Below are positions 61,378-64,000 of a stretch of DNA of 64,000 nucleotides, one piece after another. Both the position numbers and the translations under genes were made by a program. Where the stretch lies: assembly GCA_030141605.1 (NCBI GenBank), contig JAQGDQ010002389.1, positions 1-64,000 of the forward strand. The letters run 5' to 3'. Under the pieces are notes generated by a model, which was not told the DNA's origin, did no database searches, and saw only the letters and a list, made by a program, of their open reading frames with translations. Each line of letters begins with the position of its first letter. Position 1 is the stretch's first letter. Origin of the DNA: Tubiluchus corallicola. Its lineage: Eukaryota; Animalia; Priapulida.

Positions 61378-62289
61378 TTATCCCTTTACACCGGTCGTCA
61401 TAACACCACCAACAAAATATCGCTGTGCGAAAAAGAAAATTACTATCGATGGTAAAAGCGATAATGTTGACATCGCTAAAACACGATTCCACTCCACTGC
61501 TGAACTCACATCAATCGACATCTTTAAAGCTAACGCTATTGGATATTTTTCAACGCTTGATAAATAAATCAGCGGCCCCATAAAATCATTCATTGACCAC
61601 ATAAATTGAAAAAGCCCAACCGCAATGATCGCAGGCTTAATAATCGGAAAAATAACATAAATTAAAACTTGAAACGAATTACAGCCATCAATAAATGCTG
61701 CCTCTTCCATATCGCGCGGAATCCCACGAAGAAACTGTATTAACATGAAGACAAAAAATGCATCCGTCGCGAACGCAGAGGGAATATAAAGTGGCATAAA
61801 AGTATCAAGCCAACCAAATTCTCGGAACATTAAATATTGTGGTATACGCAATACCGTCTGAGGAAGTAATATAGTCGCGATTAATGTCGCAAATAAAAAT
61901 TTCTTAAACGGTATATCAAAACGCGCAAAGCCATAGGCAACCAATGTTGCAGAAACAATCGTGAAAATAACTTTCGGAATGATAATCTGAAACGTATTTA
62001 AAAAATAAGTAGTAAACGTATACTCGCTTCCTGTCTTCCAACCCTCAATATATCCATCTAAAGTCGGATCCGTAGGAAATGGATGAATCTCGGAAAAAAT
62101 CTGATAATTCTGCTTAAATGAAGCGCCAACAAGCCAAATAAGCGGGTATAACATAATAAAACCAATAATAATCAGTATCGTATACCGGATATAAGCGTTG
62201 ATTTTCTCCTTTCTCCTCGTCTTTAAAATTTCTTCTGAAATATTGCCTTCTTGAGAAGGTGTGAAATATTCTGTTGCTACGTTTGTCAT
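61378..62289 (-). CDS. togN: Oligogalacturonide ABC transporter permease
   Basis: EEAAFIDG (EAA loop), FQFMWSMNDFMGPLIY. Confidence 0.85.
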   Translation of the reverse strand: MTNVATEYFTPSQEGNISEEILKTRRKEKINAYIRYTILIIIGFIMLYPLIWLVGASFKQNYQIFSEIHPFPTDPTLDGYIEGWKTGSEYTFTTYFLNTFQIIIPKVIFTIVSATLVAYGFARFDIPFKKFLFATLIATILLPQTVLRIPQYLMFREFGWLDTFMPLYIPSAFATDAFFVFMLIQFLRGIPRDMEEAAFIDGCNSFQVLIYVIFPIIKPAIIAVGLFQFMWSMNDFMGPLIYLSSVEKYPIALALKMSIDVSSAVEWNRVLAMSTLSLLPSIVIFFFAQRYFVGGVMTTGVKG

Positions 62290-62292
62290 ATC

Positions 62293-63174
62293 CTATTTCT
62301 CCTTCTCTCCAGAATAAAACACCCAGTATTTTGACGAACGGAAAACAATGGCTGTAAAAATACCTACAATGATAAATAAAACCCATGATAAGGCCGCACC
62401 ATAGCCCATATTGAAATATTTGAAAGATTCCTCGTAAATCATCAGCGATAACAAATAAGTGGACTTTAAAGGGCCCCCGCCTGTAATGATATAAGGGCCA
62501 TTAAATTCCTGAAATGCCTGGACAGTCTGCATAATAAAATTAAAAAAGATCACAGGCGTAATAATCGGAATCGTAATCTTAAATAAAACCTGCCATTTAG
62601 ACGCGCCATCAATAGAGGACGCCTCGTACAATGAAGCTGGAACATTCTGAAGAGCGGCAAGAAAAATAACCATGGCTGAGCCAAATTGCCAAATTCTTAA
62701 AAGAGTAACCGTAAATAAAGCATAACCCGGTGTTCCAAGCCAATTAACTGCCTCAAAACCAAACGTTCCAAGCACCATGTTCATAAGACCATCAATAGAA
62801 AAAACATACCGCCATAAAACTGCTATAGCGACACTGCCTCCTAAAATCGACGGTATATAATAAGCCGACCGAAAAAAGTTTATCCCACGTAATTTGAAAT
62901 TAAGAACAAACGCTATTAATAAAGCAAAAGCTAGCTTCAAAGGAACAGTCATAAAAACATAAATTAATGTCACAACTAGTGATTTCATAAATAAATCATC
63001 TTCAAATAACATATATTCATAATTTTCCAAACCCAAAAAAAGAGGTGGATCCATTAAATTATAATCTGTAAAACTCAGAACAAATGATGTAAAAAATGGA
63101 TAACATGTAAATGCCATCAACCCCAAGATATAGGGGAGAACATAGGCAAAGCCTAGCCACTTGTTTTCATACAT
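62293..63174 (-). CDS. togM: Oligogalacturonide ABC transporter permease
   Basis: MYENKWLG start, YYIPSILGGSVAIAVLW, WQFGSAM, FQEFNGPY. Confidence 0.87.
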   Translation of the reverse strand: MYENKWLGFAYVLPYILGLMAFTCYPFFTSFVLSFTDYNLMDPPLFLGLENYEYMLFEDDLFMKSLVVTLIYVFMTVPLKLAFALLIAFVLNFKLRGINFFRSAYYIPSILGGSVAIAVLWRYVFSIDGLMNMVLGTFGFEAVNWLGTPGYALFTVTLLRIWQFGSAMVIFLAALQNVPASLYEASSIDGASKWQVLFKITIPIITPVIFFNFIMQTVQAFQEFNGPYIITGGGPLKSTYLLSLMIYEESFKYFNMGYGAALSWVLFIIVGIFTAIVFRSSKYWVFYSGEKEK

Positions 63175-63226
63175 CTTTATACCTCCCTTTAATTTATGAC
63201 TCGTTTATAGCGCCAACTCTACTTCT

Positions 63227-64000
63227 TTACGGCCATCCGGATCCGGCAGGAAGACAATGTCGCATGTTGCTATACATCTCCTCAAATAAATCACGATTTT
63301 CTACCAAAGACAGAGAAACAGCCATAGGATCGTTAAGAAAAATATTAAACACCCTTTCCTTATCACAAGAGGAAACAGCTTCCACCAAACCGTTCTGGTT
63401 ACTGATATGGGACAAAGTGATATCTTCAATAACTTCAGGAAGGCGGCCAGCCACTACAGGACGAACAGAATCCTTCACAAAAACCGCATTCGTCTCAACA
63501 ATAGAGTCTAATGGAAGAGCTTTCATTTGACCGTGGTTAGGGAAATTAACATTGCCGCAATAACTCTCTATACCCGAAAGCGCTAGCAGTTGCTTGATAA
63601 AATCCTCACCGCTCTTTTTTAAGGTTATCGCCTCCTCACCAGAAGCTATTTTACGAGAGCGCTCCCTCAGTGCATCTCTATTTTTTATTCGCCAAGAAAC
63701 CGGCGTTAAGCCAAAATCCCATTCTTTGAAATTCCGTAAATACCAGCTCTGTGGAAAAAAATCCACCAAATGCCGATCCCCTGCCGCAGCTACAGTATGA
63801 AACCGCTTGTATAAATCAAACTTTACCCTTTCTCGCGAAGAAAAATAATGACTTTTTTCATTGGAAGGAGACTCGTCCTTGCTTATCCATATCCCCTCCT
63901 CAGAATAAACATCCACAAGATGCTCCCAGAGAGGGATTAAATCACGATCTTTCCAACGAATCTTATCAACCCAGGTAAAATGGTTAATACCTAACACATT
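63227..64000 (-). CDS. GH4 glycoside hydrolase, C-terminal part (alpha-galacturonidase-like by context); 5' end outside the window
   Basis: GINHFTW, AAAGDRHL, SGE, NVNFPNHGQ, VETNA, F.NDP. Confidence 0.85.
   Translation of the reverse strand, partial: NVLGINHFTWVDKIRWKDRDLIPLWEHLVDVYSEEGIWISKDESPSNEKSHYFSSRERVKFDLYKRFHTVAAAGDRHLVDFFPQSWYLRNFKEWDFGLTPVSWRIKNRDALRERSRKIASGEEAITLKKSGEDFIKQLLALSGIESYCGNVNFPNHGQMKALPLDSIVETNAVFVKDSVRPVVAGRLPEVIEDITLSHISNQNGLVEAVSSCDKERVFNIFLNDPMAVSLSLVENRDLFEEMYSNMRHCLPAGSGWP

Noticed and set aside
1-64000. tRNA, rRNA, tmRNA, RNase P or SRP genes and prophage genes
   Set aside because: No recognisable signatures in the intergenic regions inspected; the suspicious tsaD-lexA spacer turned out to encode rpmG.

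Overview
AT-rich chromosomal window from an alphaproteobacterium (Rhodospirillales-like gene orders, with signs of streamlining). Positions 1-48.9 kb are mostly housekeeping: yggS, sdhCDAB, cysQ, maeB, mutS, glnD, rapZ, lptBAC-kdsD, nfuA, trpS, murJ, hemCD, tsaD, rpmG (missed by the ORF track), lexA, truA, rplM-rpsI, xth, erpA, argS, serS, nlpD, plsC. A sugar-acid islet (uxaB, TRAP transporter, LgoD-like dehydrogenase) interrupts this stretch. Positions 48.9-54.4 kb are a very AT-rich decay zone: IS remnants, an inverted pseudogene copy of part of the neighbouring pectate lyase, a LapG-like protease behind a sigma54-type promoter, an intact cargo-like gene, and a 36/30/36-bp repeat. Positions 54.4-64 kb hold a pectin-utilisation operon (GH4, togMNAB, GH28, GH105, PL2). 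Three things stand out. (1) A rewired petABC operon: cytochrome c1 is reduced to a ~109-aa signal peptide plus membrane anchor with no CXXCH, cytochrome b keeps all four haem His and the Qi-side motifs but has an eroded Qo site (PQWY), and the Rieske protein keeps its cluster ligands. (2) A LexA that has lost the Ala-Gly site, catalytic Ser and catalytic Lys yet still has a perfect GAAC-N7-GAAC box on its own promoter. (3) A mosaic pectin pathway in this lineage. All family calls come from motif recognition by eye; no database searches were run.
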